Notes: generated by a model from the sequence alone, not told the origin. A stretch of 64,000 nucleotides of DNA from Octopus sinensis (GCF_006345805.1 NC_043011.1:53642464-53706463), one strand, 5' to 3'. Shown: positions 1-14,099, numbered from the stretch's first letter. A program made the numbers and translations.

Positions 1-535
1 GCTTTCTTGTACATGTAAAACCACCAATCATATCATTGAAATCTCAGTTACAATTCAGTGCATGATTAATTCCAAATAATGTAAATAGGCGCAGGAGTGG
101 CTGTGTGATAAGTAGCTTGCTAACCAACCACATGGTTCCGGGTTCAGTCCCACTGCGTGGCATCTTGGGCAAGTGTCTTCTGCTATAGCCCCAGGCCGAC
201 CAATGCCTTGTGAGTGGATTTGGTAGACGGAAACTGAAAGAAGCCTGTCGTATATATGTATATATATATATATATATGTATGTGTGTTTGTTTGTGTGTC
301 TGTGTTTGTCCCCCTAGCATTGCTTGACAACCAATGCTGGTGTGTTTATGTCCCCGTTACTTAGCGGTTCGGCAAAAGAGGCCGATAGAATAAGTACTGG
401 GCTTACAAAAAGAATAAGTCCTGGGGTCGAGTTGCTCGATTAAAGGCGGTGCTCCAGCATGGCCGCAGTCAATGACTGAAACAAGTAAAAGAGTAAAGAG
501 TAAATAAGCATTGCATATGAATGCTAAAGGGTTAA
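1..535 (+). mobile_element. TTAA-flanked piggyBac-type MITE family 1, interrupted by a SINE; left end outside window
   Basis: Internal consensus (aatcatatcattgaaatctc...catgattaattccaaa) and right end gaatgctaaagggTTAA, shared with copies at 33763, 50469 and 55498. Confidence 0.75.
88..499 (+). mobile_element. tRNA-derived SINE family A (CORE-like; resembles octopus OR-type SINEs), full length
   Basis: tRNA-like head with A/B boxes (tggctgtgtgataag...ggttcagtccc), ccttgggcaagtg CORE-like block, central (TA)/(TG) tract and (gagtaaa)n tail. About 20 copies occur in the window. Confidence 0.9.
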
Positions 536-809
536 AGAATTCATCATCATCATTGTAGATGATTGAAATTTATTAAAGGAAAATGTTTCTGTAAAGTAAC
601 TTTGGAGATTTCTTTTTAATTTTGAGTGGCTAAACATTGTATCCAATGCAGTTCTTTCATTGATCTACTGTGAATATGTTCAGGAGTTAAGCTTTTATGC
701 AAAAGTTACTAATCATTCCATTACCCTGATTATTTCATTAGGCACAATAGTCTTTTTTGTAAGAAATAGTAGAGATAGTTTATTGATTGGCATTCATACG
801 TGGTATATG

Positions 810-810
<1 letters not shown>

Positions 811-840
<30 letters not shown>
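811..840. repeat. (TG)n microsatellite
   Basis: Directly visible. Confidence 0.95.
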
Positions 841-2539
841 CTGTCTTGTGCTGATATTATTGGGATGGAAGACTTATCTGGTGCGAGTTGAATTGAAAAG
901 TGTAAGGCAGTCCAGTATTACCTGTACTGTTTTGATCACATTGATTGCTTTTACTGTTTTCAAACACACCTAGTGTATTGACTGAATACTCTGTCTTGCT
1001 GCTATATAAATTTGTATCACCCACATCTTCCATACATATTGTAATATCAGATGGAGAGGTGGGTGTATTCAAACTCATTAATGCTTGTAGGCAGTTCCAT
1101 CCGTATTTTGCTCTTACACGATTTTTAGTCCCTCTTCCTCCATCTATTAATCTGGTTGCTTTTAGTATAAATTAATCTGCTGCAGGAATTCACTTAAAGT
1201 ACCAGTTAAGAAATCCCTGCTCCTTGGTTGGTCTGCAATGTCTGTGGTTATTCTCATTCTGTCAATCTATAAAACTTCTGTTTGGTATCAGATTCTTAGA
1301 AGTATTCGTTTTATTTTTATATAGATTTTTAAAAATGTACCTAATGTTAGTAATGCTACAAAATCTCCATTGTTAAGGCTTGCGTGTTAAAATAGAAATC
1401 CTCAATATTTTCCAATTTCTCTTTTAGTCTTAAGTGCTATCGAGTTCTGAAGTATCTGAAACTTCCATAATTAGTGCGCGAGTTGTCCCTCAGTTCATTC
1501 TCATTGGCTTTTACTGGGCACATTCCTGATTGTTGCTTCCCAGATAGCTTTCACCTTCCCCTGTCTCTCCAATGTCAGCCATCTTCTCTCCACCCCTGCA
1601 CCTTTTCCCTACAGCCAGCTCTCCGCTTCCTATAGCTGTCTCATCTCACTTTCTTTTCATTCAGTTTAAAATACCAGATCATGTATTAAACATCTGTTAA
1701 ATGAGGCTTATGCAATGTTTACATAAATGTTCATTTTCATGTTCATTATGTTTTCAGCATAAATATTGCTAGAATAAAAAAGCATGGAAAGCCTTGATGT
1801 TTTCCTTTCCACTGTTCATTGTGGACACTTGTGTAAAGGCGTGGATGTCAATCCTTGTAGACATGTTATTGTTTTCTCTATGGAAATTATTATTGGAGGC
1901 TTGACTGAAAAATAACTATTGAGGGGAAGAAAAGAAATCTTTGCAAAGCCATTGTATTACTATGTTTTTATATTGCTCTCTCTCTCACTCTCACCACTGG
2001 TTGGGTTGCAGATATTGTTTCAACAGATGGATGTCTTGATTCCACTAACCACTCACCTCTTAAGTAGAAACAGAAGCTGTTAGTTTTATTGTTGCCATTT
2101 TACTTTGCCCATTGAAACAACATTAAGGACTACAACAGATCAAATTCAATCTTTTCTATACTTAATGTATCTCTCCTAATTATCATTTAATGGGAACAAA
2201 ACTGTCAATTGTTTACAGTCAATACAATAGCTTAGGTGTGAACCACAGTGTAACATGTACCACTGTAACAAAAACAGTTAAAGATGAAATAAGCAAGTTG
2301 TTCAGATTATCATACTAGGGAATATTCTGAGGAATCTTTACAGTTTCTTCAAAGATGTATCAATTACTCCAGTATAAATGCATAGTTGCTGCTGCAGTAG
2401 TGTGAAGTGTGCAACTAATTACCCTCCTCAGTTGTTGGAATACCTTCAATTTGGTATGAAGCTAACTTGAGCAAGCTTTCAAACTACTTTAATCTAGTTT
2501 CATTGATGTGCATCTTTGTGATACCTCTGATATTTTTTG

Positions 2540-2745
2540 TGTTGTTATACTTGCCAAAACTGACCATGCTTGTGCTGCAGCCATGTAAAAAGCACTCAGC
2601 TCACCATATGAAGTTGTGTTATGGAGGGCATCCTGCTGTAAAAACAATGCCAAAACAGACACAGAAGTTTGGTGCAGTCTTCTGCCTGGCCAGCTCGTGT
2701 CGAACCCATGCCAGTATAAGAAGGTGGACGTTAAACGATGATGAT
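2540..2745 (+). mobile_element. Family C RTE-related retroposon, degraded
   Basis: gagggcatcctgctgtaaaaac...acccatgccagtat...cgttaaacgatgatgatg tail, shared with other copies. Confidence 0.7.
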
Positions 2746-2917
2746 GTCTTCTTTTGCACCCAAAGTTTTTGTGATAATACTTCATTTACTACATACATAA
2801 AGTAAATAATTTTCTTTTAGCATTGTGTATGGGGGAAGGAAAACTAGAACTACATTTTTAACAGTAACAATGTTCATGCCTTGCAAATAACTTGTCTGAA
2901 TTAAAATGCATAATATA

Positions 2918-3083
2918 GGTGTAGACATGGCTGTGTGGTAAGAAACCTGCTTCCCAGCCACATGGTTCCGGATTCAGTCCTACTTCCTACATGGCACCTT
3001 AAGCAAGTGCCTTCTACTATAGCCTCAAGCCAACCAAAGCCTTGCGAGTGGATTTGGTAGGCAAACTGACAGAAGCCTGTGAG

Positions 3084-3116
<33 letters not shown>

Positions 3117-3320
3117 TCCCCCACCACTGCTTGGCAACTGGTGTTTGTGTGTTTATGTCCCTGTAACCGTAGAGGTTTGGCAAAGGAGACTGACAAAATA
3201 AGTACCAGGCTTGAGAAAAAAGAAAAAGTACTGGGGTCATTCATTTAACTAATAATTCTCCAAGGCAGTGCCCCAGCGTGGTCACAGTCTAATGACTGAC
3301 ACCAGTAAAAAGATAAAAAA
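2918..3320 (+). mobile_element. SINE family A
   Basis: Collinear with 88-499; internal (TG)n. Confidence 0.85.
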
Positions 3321-3719
3321 TGAAATATAGTATTCATCCTTAAAATTTATAATCTTATTTCATTCATACACTTAATCTGCTGTGTGATGGTGAACTCACT
3401 GTCAGTGCTTAACTTTAAAAAGTGTTGCTCATTATCATGTTTGACATAAATTTCAGTGTCAAGTGGTTCAGTGATGCATTAGAAAGCGGCTCATTGTTTT
3501 GATAGTTAATGTTATGTTTGCAAATGAATATGTTAATGTTTTGAGGAGCCTATTGACAGTTGGAGAAAGCCTAAAAGCCAGTAAAGCTGAGATTAGTTTC
3601 TTTTTGTTGTATTTGTGGGTTCAGTGATTTTGAAATTTGGAATATTTCTTTAAGTTGCTTTGGAAATTGTTAAGTTCTACTCTAGTATGTATATATATAT
3701 ATATATAATCCCTACATGT

Positions 3720-3850
3720 TTTTTCTCACCCCCCTCTCCATTTTTCCCCCTCTCAATCCTTTCTGTCAAAACATAGGCTCAAAATGTCAAAGACATTTCC
3801 ATTCTTCCTGAGTGTCTTCATCTTTTGTTTTTTGTCAATTTTGAACTATA
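3720..3850 (+). mobile_element. Penelope-like terminal-repeat remnant, degraded
   Basis: cctttctgtc...taggctcaaaatgtcaaagac...gtcttcatcttttgt, homologous to 51195-51340. Confidence 0.55.
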
Positions 3851-4349
3851 TCATCATCGCGTCTGTCTTCTTGTCACTACAATCTTAAAGGAAGCACAAT
3901 ATTGATAATGTAGTCCTGGATATACTGTGCCTGGGAAAAATGGACAAGTTGGAATGCTTTTGATTAGATGTAGATCTGTTGGAAACCACTTCAGAATTAG
4001 ACAATGTGGTTGTGTATAACGATTGTGAAACTTTAATTTAATAATGCTGTTGTTTCTTAGGAAGTGCAAGTTATTTTTAACCCTTTGGAGATGGAGCCTC
4101 ATTTGGAGTTTCAGTGCCAAGAAAATGGAGCCCTTTTCACAAGCCCTACAGAGGGCATGCACTTATTTAAAACAACAAAAAAATTATAAAAAATAATATA
4201 TTCCTACATATCCTACATGTATTCTTGTAGGAAATTAAATGAATACAATCTTCTTTGTCATTTGACTTTTTGGCCAATAGATTGGCCTTGTCATCTCCAA
4301 AGAGAAAAGCTAAAGAAATTGGGATAGTCACTCCTTTCCCTAGCTACTG

Positions 4350-4728
4350 GTATTACTGTGTTATTATGGAGTCTGTTTTGTGATCATGTAGCCTTGGATT
4401 CAATCTCCTTGGCACCTTGGGCAAGTGGATTCCATTGTAACCCTGAGTTGTTCTATCCTCTATGAGTGAAACTGGCAGAAGGAAACTGAAAGTCTGGCAT
4501 AATGTGTATGTGAGTGTGTGTTTGTCTATACAATTGGGACTGCTGAGGATGGGGTGGGATAAAAAAAAAACCCAAAAAGAAAAAAAATATTTAGCTGAGT
4601 AATAAATATAAATCTGTGAAATAAGTATGAGACTTTTAAAAAGAAGAAATATATTTACTGGGCTTAGTGGGATTGACTGAAACCCCTCAGCATGGCCACT
4701 TTCTAATGATTGAAACAAGTAAAAGAGT
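4350..4728 (+). mobile_element. SINE family A, degraded
   Basis: ggcaccttgggcaagtg core and gattgaaacaagtaaaagag tail. Confidence 0.7.
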
Positions 4729-5424
4729 ATGGTATTAACAGCTAAATGAAGCAAATGTTTCCAACTGGCTATTAAAATAATACTCATTTAATGTTATTCT
4801 GTGCTGGCACAGGTTATATAACTCTAAAACAAGTGTTGTGCCAACCTCAATTATGCATATTTTCCGGTTAACTGTTTTAAGATGGAAACCAAAAACTGTT
4901 ATTATTAGTACTGTAATATTTATCATCGAACTTTCAGTTACTTTGCATTGAAGTTTATATTGTGCTAGTTGATTAAAATAGATGTTGCTAGTACCAGATT
5001 CTTGTGGTCGGACTAATTTCTTATTCCACTCCCCCCAAACTCCTGTTCTGCTCTGGCCCATCTTTTGCTCTTCATTTTCTTGCATAAAGTTGTGTCTCCC
5101 CACCATCCTGTTTGTAGTTTTGCAAACTGCATGACAGCTTCACCAGTACTGGTGGCAGACCCCCACTCCCCTTAACACTTGCTGTAGAGTGGTTGACATG
5201 AAGAAGGGCATCCAATTGCAGTAAACTATGTCAAGGCAGGAACTGGAGCGCAATATATTTCTTGGCCTTATCAGATTCAGTCGAACTGTCCACAACCCAT
5301 GCCAACTTGGCTGTTAAACGATAGAGAACTCATCATTGTCATTATCATTGTATACATCATTATTACCATTATTAGTGATAATATTACACTTGGTTTTGTT
5401 ATCATGCTGGTACTATGTAAACAC

Positions 5425-5602
5425 ACCTAATGCTGGTGGCATGTAAAAAGCACACAGTACACTCTGTAAAGTGGTTGGCATTAGGAAGGGCACCCAGCTG
5501 TAGAAACCATGCCAAAACAGACAATTGTAGTCTGGCCAGCTCCTGTTAAACTGTCTGACCCATGCCAGCATGGATAACAGACATTAAATGATGAAGATGA
5601 TG
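5425..5602 (+). mobile_element. Family C retroposon; a second degraded copy lies at ~5130-5330
   Basis: ggttggcattaggaagggcacccagctgtagaaacc...cccatgccagcatgg...(gat)n tail. Confidence 0.8.
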
Positions 5603-6080
5603 AAATTACATTGGTAGATCGTACTTCGCACTATCTAGTCCTGTACATCTTTTCGATTCAATTATGTTAATGTAGAAATAGTGCAGATAGAACAGGTAGC
5701 AGTAAGATTTACACTTGTGCTGTATAGTCAAAGAAATCACCTCTGCCATTATCACCTTTGTTATTTCGATTGTCCATTATGTATGTCTTGTGTCCTTTAA
5801 GCTTCATAATTGTAAAGCATATTGTTTTGTTAGTGTGAATATTTTCAGGAGATCTTCAATTGATAATATCACATACGATCTGTAAATTAGGGTTCATGTA
5901 ACTATTTTGAAAGAAACCTTAACTAGCCATGTATTCCCATTGACTTCCATATATTGTGAGTTATGTCATTTTGTAATTAATTCCTCTGTTGTCAATAAGC
6001 TGATTACCTGGGACTTTCTTGGGTTTGTCTAGTTGCTGTATTGTTTTCATTTAACCAACAGAAGTGGGGGGGGGGACTCA

Positions 6081-6468
6081 TAGGCGTGGCTGTGTGGTAA
6101 GAAGCGTGCTTCCGAACCAAATGGTTCTGGGTTCAATCCCACTGCTTGGCACTTTGGGCAGGTGTTATCTACTAAGCTACTATAGCCTTAGTCAGACCAA
6201 GACTTTGCAAATGGATTTGGTAGATGGAAACTGAAAGAAGCGTGTCATATATATCTATGTGTAGGTGTCTTTTGTGTTTGCTCCCACCACAGCTTGACAA
6301 CCAGTGTTGGTGTGTTTGCGTCCTGTGTCTTAACAGTTTGATAAAAGAGATCAATAGAATAAGTACCAGGCTTTTAAAAAAAGAATACTGGAGTCAATTC
6401 TTTTGGCTAAAAGGTCCCCAGCATGGTCCCCAGCATGGCTGCAGTCTAATGACTGAAACAAGTGAAAG
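6081..6468 (+). mobile_element. SINE family A
   Basis: Collinear with consensus; 12-bp tandem duplication ggtccccagcat in the 3' part. Confidence 0.85.
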
Positions 6469-7516
6469 ATGCTCCCCAGAAAACAGTTATGTGAAAATAT
6501 AAATGAATCTAGCAAATATTCAATTATCAAAAAATATACCAACTTTTGTATTGACAGATTGACAGGAATTTTACATTGGTAGAGGGGCTTATTAAGAATT
6601 AGAACCATTATTTATACATAGCTTGCTCTCTTGTTCTCTTCACTCATTGAGATCATGTCTTTGAGATCAAAGAATTGTGATTAGTTGCATGAGCTGGAAT
6701 TATTGTATTGTAGAAATAAATACTATTGCTTGTTGATTGATTAACTTGGTGATGGGTCACTTTTCTCTATTAAAAGAGCAGCTGGATTTTACCTTTCAGT
6801 AAAATTGCATGAATATACTTTATATTCAGAGCAGTTAAAATAATTGTGAAGTGGTGGTGGTGGATTAAAAGAGTTAATTCACATGGGAGTTTTACAGTTA
6901 CAATAGTTATTGTTATATGTACTAATAGCCAGTTAATACTGCTAGAAGGTTAATTTCTAGTTTATGATTTTTTTTTTCTTTTTGTCTGTGTTTTTCCATG
7001 CTGATATGGGTAGATTTAGCAAAATTGGGTACTTTGTTACCTGAACTCACAGTCCTACAACTGTATGTCTGTGAAATAGATTTTTTGTTTTTTGAAGAGT
7101 GATAGAGGAGAGTTTAAGAATCTGAATAATTTATAGGAGTAAAAAACCTTTGAGCCATGTTAGGGCTTGTCTCTTAGAAGGTGGTAGAAACCAGCACAGT
7201 GGTGGTGTTTCATACCTTGCTGACTACTTATTGTTTGGTTAGCTTGCTTTTTCTAGTTTGGGGTGCTGATGAAATAAACAGGGTTTGTCAAAAAGTCATT
7301 ATGTCTCATTTGAGGAGTGTTTATAGAAGTTTTAATACAGACAGCATAATTTTATTTGGGTATGACATAACAGCAGTTGGAAGATTTGTACTCTTCACTT
7401 TGTTCTCTGTCATCCAATAACAGAACTTTACAACCATTATGCTTTTCTTAAATGGTTATGTTTCTCAGTTACAATAATATTTCAGTTTTAATCTTGTAGT
7501 GCTATTGTTACCATGT

Positions 7517-7701
7517 TTCACCCTTTAGCGCTTAAACTGGCCACATCTGTCCAAAATACTCTATTTTATTTAGTCTCTCATGCCTACCCTATAATGCCAC
7601 TTTAAAAATAAACGATCACAACATTAAAATCCTGAAGTATGGGTGATTTAAATCAATGAAAAAATAAGCATAACATTTGACAGAATAATCTGAAGGGTTA
7701 A
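7517..7701 (+). mobile_element. piggyBac-type MITE family 1
   Basis: ccctttagcg...gaagggTTAA ends with the shared internal sequence. Confidence 0.7.
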
Positions 7702-8075
7702 AATGGGCTTTATTGTTGTATGAATGTGATATAGTTGTTGTGATAATGATGCAGGACCTGTCTTCATTGTAGACATTTGAAGAAAATTGTTGAGTTTTGC
7801 TCCAAAAGTAATACAAAGGCAAGCATAATTAACATAATTAACATAGCTCATTCAAATTGCATTAGTTAGAGAAATTTTTCAAAGAGGATTGAAGATTTAT
7901 ATGCAGTGACGGTGCAAATGCATTGCTTGTGGGTATGTTGAGTTGTACATTTATCTAGAGAAAGGGTTACATGTGCAGTTTGAATGACCTGGGTTATGAT
8001 CACTTTTGCCTTGCTTTTGGTCTAACTTTGTAGTTAAACAGGACTGTGATTTTCTTGTGTTTCTTTTCCTTGTAG

Positions 8076-8458
8076 GTTTGAGCAACCTAATGCTGCAAAT
8101 TCAAATCAGCAATTCCGACCACCATCTCAACCTGGAATGGTTACTCAACAGCAGCATCCTGAACAAATGTACCCCAATCGATATGGCAGCAATCAGCAAA
8201 TGACTTCAGTTCGGTCACATACTCCTCAACATGACCAGTACGCAGCCCAAGGAGGGTATCCTAATCAGAGTAATACTTTTAATAGTCCGAGGGGAGTGGT
8301 ACCACAGGAACAATATCAGAACTATCCGAATCAGCAAGCTGGTTTTGCTGGGCATCGACCACCTAGTTCACGAGAAGTCCCTGCTGGCAATATGTATGGA
8401 ACGCCAAATAAAAGATATCCACCTGATGTTGAAAGGCGAGAGAATTTCAATATGTCAG
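8076..8458 (+). CDS. ARID1: ARID1A/B (osa) ortholog, internal coding exon, Gln/Pro/Tyr-rich
   Basis: Acceptor ttcttttccttgtag|G at 8075/8076 and donor TCAG|gtaaga at 8458/8459. Open frame FEQPNAANSNQQFRPPSQPGM...YGTPNKRYPPDVERRENFNMS; YGTPNKR resembles human ARID1A YGPPAKR. The phase-1 end joins the next exon in frame. Confidence 0.85.
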
Positions 8459-9789
8459 GTAAGAATTATTGCTAATTCTACTTTCTGCTCAGTACTACAA
8501 GAGAAACTTGGATTAAAAATTTACACACAATTGGTGTGAACAAGGTTTAGGTAATCTAAATTGCAGTAAACAGAAATTATTGCCAACTTGGTTTTTTCTT
8601 TATCTTTTCTCCGTCTTTATTATTTACCATTAAAAAAAAATGGTATGAATTTTTCATCTTTACACAATGCTCACACAGCGTGTGTGTGTGTGTGCATGCA
8701 CACCTGTGTATGTATTTTCATGATGTACCCTATAAATGTGTGTGTGTGTGTGTGTGCGCATACTTGTGTTGGCATTTTTGTGGGCTGAGTTGAGCCGGTT
8801 CCAACCAGTGAATCCATAGTAATGCAAACAAAGGTGTGCCATACTCAGTGGCCACAGGTATTTGACATAAATATCGTCAACTAGTCACATGTTACTGATG
8901 GCAGTCACCTTATGCAAGGATCAGTTATCAATTCAAGATCCGAGTTGATCTTACTTCTCCACATTTTTTGCTGTCTTTCTTGCTGTTTATGCCATAAATG
9001 CATGAATTCTCCCTCTCTCTCTCTCTCTATGTGTGTGTATATATGTGTGTGTGTGTGCGCGTGCATATAAGTTTGCATTTTCTCAATTCATTTAAGTGTA
9101 TATTGTCTAAATTTTCTTCGATTTCTTACATTTTGGCTTGTAAACATGAAAAAGCCAAGAAATATTTATTCCAAATTACTTGATCAATTTTTTATTATTA
9201 AAATTTTACATGCTAAATGTTATTCTGGTTATGTGAAATGCATTTATTTTTATTATTTTGAAAAAACACACACACACACTGATCAACATAGTTCCACTTA
9301 AATCTCTTCAAGTCTCTCATTAAAAAAAATTTTCTTATATAATTAATGTAATAAGATTTATATAATATGCATGCAAATGATTTTATGCCAAATTTCTTGA
9401 ATGAGCTATTAACTCAAAAAGCACTGCAAAAGAGAAAAAAATTCATGGATATGTTTTCACTTGTGTTCTTCTCTGCTGATATTTCATTACAAGAAAAGAA
9501 CAGCCAAACTTCCCTTCATATTGTTCTGTCAATATTCAGGGCTTCCAACTCTAATAAAATTTCTGTCTTGTACTTTTCCTCACTTCTTATATCTCTTAAG
9601 AGCCATTTCTGCATCTAAAGTTGATGATCTAATGCAGTCAAAATCATTCTACAGCCTGACACCGATCTTTGCTGTGAAATTTCTCCAAATATTTTTTCTT
9701 TGGATTAGGGATTTTCTCTATGAAGTGAAAATTATTAAACACACAAAAGAAACTATTTTGCATACATAATTTCTTTAATATGCAGCTGC

Positions 9790-10140
9790 AGGCATGCAAC
9801 TACATTTTGTGGGTTCAGGCCCACTGTGTAGATCTTTAGACAAGTACTTTCTACTACAGCTTGGCAATTGAATTTGAAGAAAACTGTTCAGAAGCCCATC
9901 ATAATGTATGCGTCTCATCTGTCCTTGGCTGGACACCTCAGGCTAATTGTAAACAAATTCAACATTGTACAAGGGGTGTCATTTGTTTGCAATCTTCCAT
10001 AATAATGTGTCTGGATATGGAAGAATACTCCACATAGAAGGAAGTGAGAGTTGGTGTCAGGAAGAGCCTAAGGCCAGAGAAATTCCTTCTCAGTGAATCT
10101 CTTCTGACCCATGCAAGCATGGAAAAGTAGACATTAAAAT
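9790..10140 (+). mobile_element. Old chimeric SINE with A-like head and C-like 3' part
   Basis: gggttcaggcccactgtg head; gttggtgtcaggaagagc...cccatgcaagcatggaaaagtagacattaaa tail. Confidence 0.55.
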
Positions 10141-12731
10141 TAATGGTGGTGCTCCAGCATGGTTTTAGCTGTGATGGCTACAACAAACTAAAGAACACAG
10201 GCATGTGCATATCTGCAATTTCATTGCTCATTGAAACATATCACTGAATAACACGGCTTTCAGACCTAACTGGCTGTTCCATTGTACTTTTGATCCAGTA
10301 CGTTGGCAACGAACCATTGCAGTGTGTTATCTATCAACACCTGGGTAATTCATTCTAAAGTGCATAAATCAATCATGTATTGTATTCCTCTGTACTGAGG
10401 TCAGTTTTTATTTCAGTGCAATAATGATCTGTTGTCTAACGCATGGAATTGATTTTTATTAGCAGCTGTTGAATATTATTGAAACTGATAGCATTTATTG
10501 CTCTTGGCTTTAATTTTCAGCTTTTAACTCTATTTAACTTAATGATCAATTTCAACCCTTTTGTTACCAACCCATCTCCTATCACCCATCAATGTAGAAC
10601 ATTGTGCTTGGTACCTCCTGTTTATATTTACCTATCTATACATTTAAATTAGAATATAGATGTAAATATCATTACTAAGTGATAACTCATGATTTCTATG
10701 TTGTGAATTTTCTGAATTTTCTTTGTAGATTTATTCTTTTTTTTAAAATCCTTTTTATTTTTATTTACTCTTTCTATACATTCTACTCTTCAAAAATTGT
10801 GCAAAATTCTTTAAGCTTTAGATTTAATTAGAGAGACTGATTTTGGAATGTTGCAAAAAAAAAAAAAAAAAAAGATTCAGTAGAACTTGTGGATTTCCAA
10901 GTTAGTAAACAACATCAGGCAACAGTAGTAAAAATGGTGATTTCTAAAAAGGAAGTGGAGGGAAAAGATTTAAAATATTTCTCTTCCAAAATTTTCAGAA
11001 GAAAACAGATCCAATCATCCTCATGACCTAGAACATATTGTCTTATTTATTCTTGTTTATTCCAACTGAGTATTGGTAAAAAACAAGAGAGAAAAAAGGG
11101 CAAACTAAATGAAATTAGGGCATTTCTGCCATTGATAGAATGATAAGCATTTAGTAAGCTGTATAATGTCATATTGATTATGAACTCTTTTCCTGTTCTG
11201 TGTATCACGCGATGTATTTTCATGGCATCCATGCATTGTATTTGATACACATTCCAAGTAAAGAAAGCTTTATATTATTAAGAACATTTGAAATGAACTA
11301 ATGTTTATACATTTCAAATCCCACTTGTACTTAGTTGCCGTTAGTTCTGTGACAAATTCTCTTGTAGATTTACGGTAGAACCTTTTCTGTTTGAAACTCC
11401 ACTTTCATGTAAACAAATATTATGAAACCAATCTAAATTCAAGATAAACTTTAGAATTAATGAAAGGGTTGAAAATTGAAATCTGATATAATATTGAGTT
11501 TGTTAATTTGAAAAAAAAATTTAATCTATTTTTGTGTAACTATTAATATACTCTTATAAAAAATATTCTCATTTTTACGCTGTGTAATTGACCCAGTTTT
11601 ATTTGTGTTTTATTGAGAAAATAACCAACTTATTTACTACTGATTTAATTTTAACATACACCTCTGTTACCAAGAAACTACTTAACTGTATATTATTCCT
11701 TGTATCTCATGTTTAAACCCATGTGTACCCTCCAGTTGTTTTCATTTTTGCTTTCATTGCTTATATAAATTGTTCCTTTCCCATTTAATACTTTAGTTGG
11801 CTGTTTGCTGAACTTTCTGTTCTATTTCTTACTTTTACTTTAGTTTAAAAAAAACTTTTTTTTTCTATCCCTTCTAACTATACTTCCAATTTCTGACTTG
11901 GCTTTCTTAGACCCATTCATTCGCACATAGACTACTTCTCATATTTGTTCTAATTTGCATTGGCCCTGAAACTAATAATGGCATTTGCATTTTGTTTTAT
12001 AGTTTTTGATATTTCTTTAAAAAGAAAATGGAAAACAGTTTTAATGGGGAAGGAATTGTAACATTTGACCTGGTCCTGACCTCATTGCAGCTATACAGAA
12101 ATGTATTTGATATCAGGATTTTTAAAACTTGATTAGGAATAAAGATTTAATTGATCTGTTTCAGTTCAGTATATTAGCTGAATAGCTACATCATATGCGT
12201 ATGGGGGAACAGACATTTTAATTTAGTTAACTTCAAAATGGAATATCTTTAGAAATAGGTCACTGCAAATCTTTTGGTATTCAAGTAAAATTTGATATAA
12301 TTGAGTTACAATTCATAGCCTGTCCATTCATATCCTTCTGTAATCAACAAAGCTTATATTATTGGCAGGCTCTTTATTTTACTCTTATTATTAAATCACA
12401 ATAGAAATACGTCTTTTCAAAGATTTTCCAATTCAGTTTCAGCATAAATGTTGAACAGTTGGAGAACTTAAATCTAAAGAGGGACGGGCTGTTAATTTAG
12501 CTTAAAATCTAAATATCTGAATAATAAAAAGAAGCCATCTTTTTAGCAAAACCTAGTTTCTTTTCAGTGATTAGTGTTACCTTTCTACTGCTATCTGGAG
12601 TATTGATGGATGGGAACAGTTTCAAGTTCTAGTTTACTTTGTTGCTCATGGAAACTCCCACAATTCAGATTCAAACAAAGGATTTTGATTTCGGTTTCTC
12701 TTTTTTTCTTATTTTCCCCCTGCTGAACTAG

Positions 12732-12839
12732 GCTACACTAATCAGCCTAACTCCTACCCTGAAAAGCCTGGCTCTGCTCCTGTGATGTATCCACAATACA
12801 GGGAGGCTATGATTCCACCACAGGACAGCCCCATGCACG
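12732..12839 (+). CDS. ARID1: ARID1 ortholog, 108-nt internal exon (not in ORF track)
   Basis: Pyrimidine tract then ctgaactag|GC; donor CACG|gtaagc. Encodes (G)YTNQPNSYPEKPGSAPVMYPQYREAMIPPQDSPMH(D). Phase 1-1, compatible with both neighbours. Confidence 0.8.
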
Positions 12840-14099
12840 GTAAGCTTTAAAGCCAGTAGTAACCAGAAGATTTTCAATGCTCTTTCTTTTTTCAACTGTC
12901 TTAGAGCAAAATCTTAAGTAGAGCCATTTTATATTTTCCATGTGTAGGTTAGACCTTTACAACTTCAAAATTCTCAAGATCATCCTTTTAGGTTTACCTG
13001 TCATTCTTCTTGCACCAGAATGAAATTAATTCTTTTTCAATCTTACCCTACAGGCTATTGTATTATTGTAAATAAATGTTCTTATCTACTCCTAAATATG
13101 TTTTTCAATAAAAATTTTTGTTTTCTTTATTGCAGTAGTTAATTGTTAATGAGAACCCTGCCTAACATTGCAATAAACATTACAGTTGGCTTCCACCAGC
13201 AATATATTTTTAACTATAGGTCTTAACATATTTTTATCACAAATCCACTGTTTCTTTAATTATGTGGATCTAACCCTTAATTTCCCTCATAGCTTGTAGA
13301 AGTGTTAGTATTGTTGAAATGTTAGGTTCAGCTGTGGTGATCAGTCAAGTACTGATCTTTGGTACTTTATTGGTGTATTTGATTCTGAAAGTGTAGGGGC
13401 ACACTTAGAAGATCAAGATCACTATTGTTTCTGACTTTAGTGTTTTAACTCTTTATTGTGCTTCCCTCAACGATTTCATTGATTCCAGTTTTCTGTGGGG
13501 GTGGGGGTGGCAAATGTAGTATTTTAGTGCAATTTTTATTTTCTTAGAACCAGCTTTGAAATACCTGTCTGCAGGCATTACAGTGTCCTGACTGAGCATT
13601 TTTTTTTGTTTTTTTTTAGTTGATTAGTCATAGTCCAGTCTGTTTGGGTAAACTTGTGGCACACAGGTAGCCAATGAGATGGTTCAGGAGTTGGTTAAAT
13701 AGAATATGTATTATGTCTTGTTTGTTATCCACCACTTTTATACAAGACAGACGGTTTTTTGTCAGTGTCAACAATAATAACATTCTGTTAATACACGAGT
13801 TGGGGCAGTGTGGCTAAAACTCCCCAGTTTTGGAGTTTGTGTAAGTGGAGCAAATAAGTTTTGTGACATTTATTTCAGCCATGTGATAAGAAAGTGATGT
13901 ACTTAATTTCCATTGGCTGATTCCTCTGCTGTGCCATCTTAAAGCATAGGTACAGTGGGTAGTTGTGCTGAGGGTCTCCCAAGACTTGGGGTCCCTGTTC
14001 TGATCTATGTATGTTGTAGCTTGCTGTTGATAAATAAATACTATAGGACCCAGTGCATTGATTTTCCCCAAAGGCCTATAATGCTGCTAACCATGTCCC

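Noticed and set aside
1-8075. Additional upstream ARID1 exons, including the ARID domain
   Set aside because: I found no open frame with splice sites and ARID1-like sequence; upstream exons presumably lie before the window.
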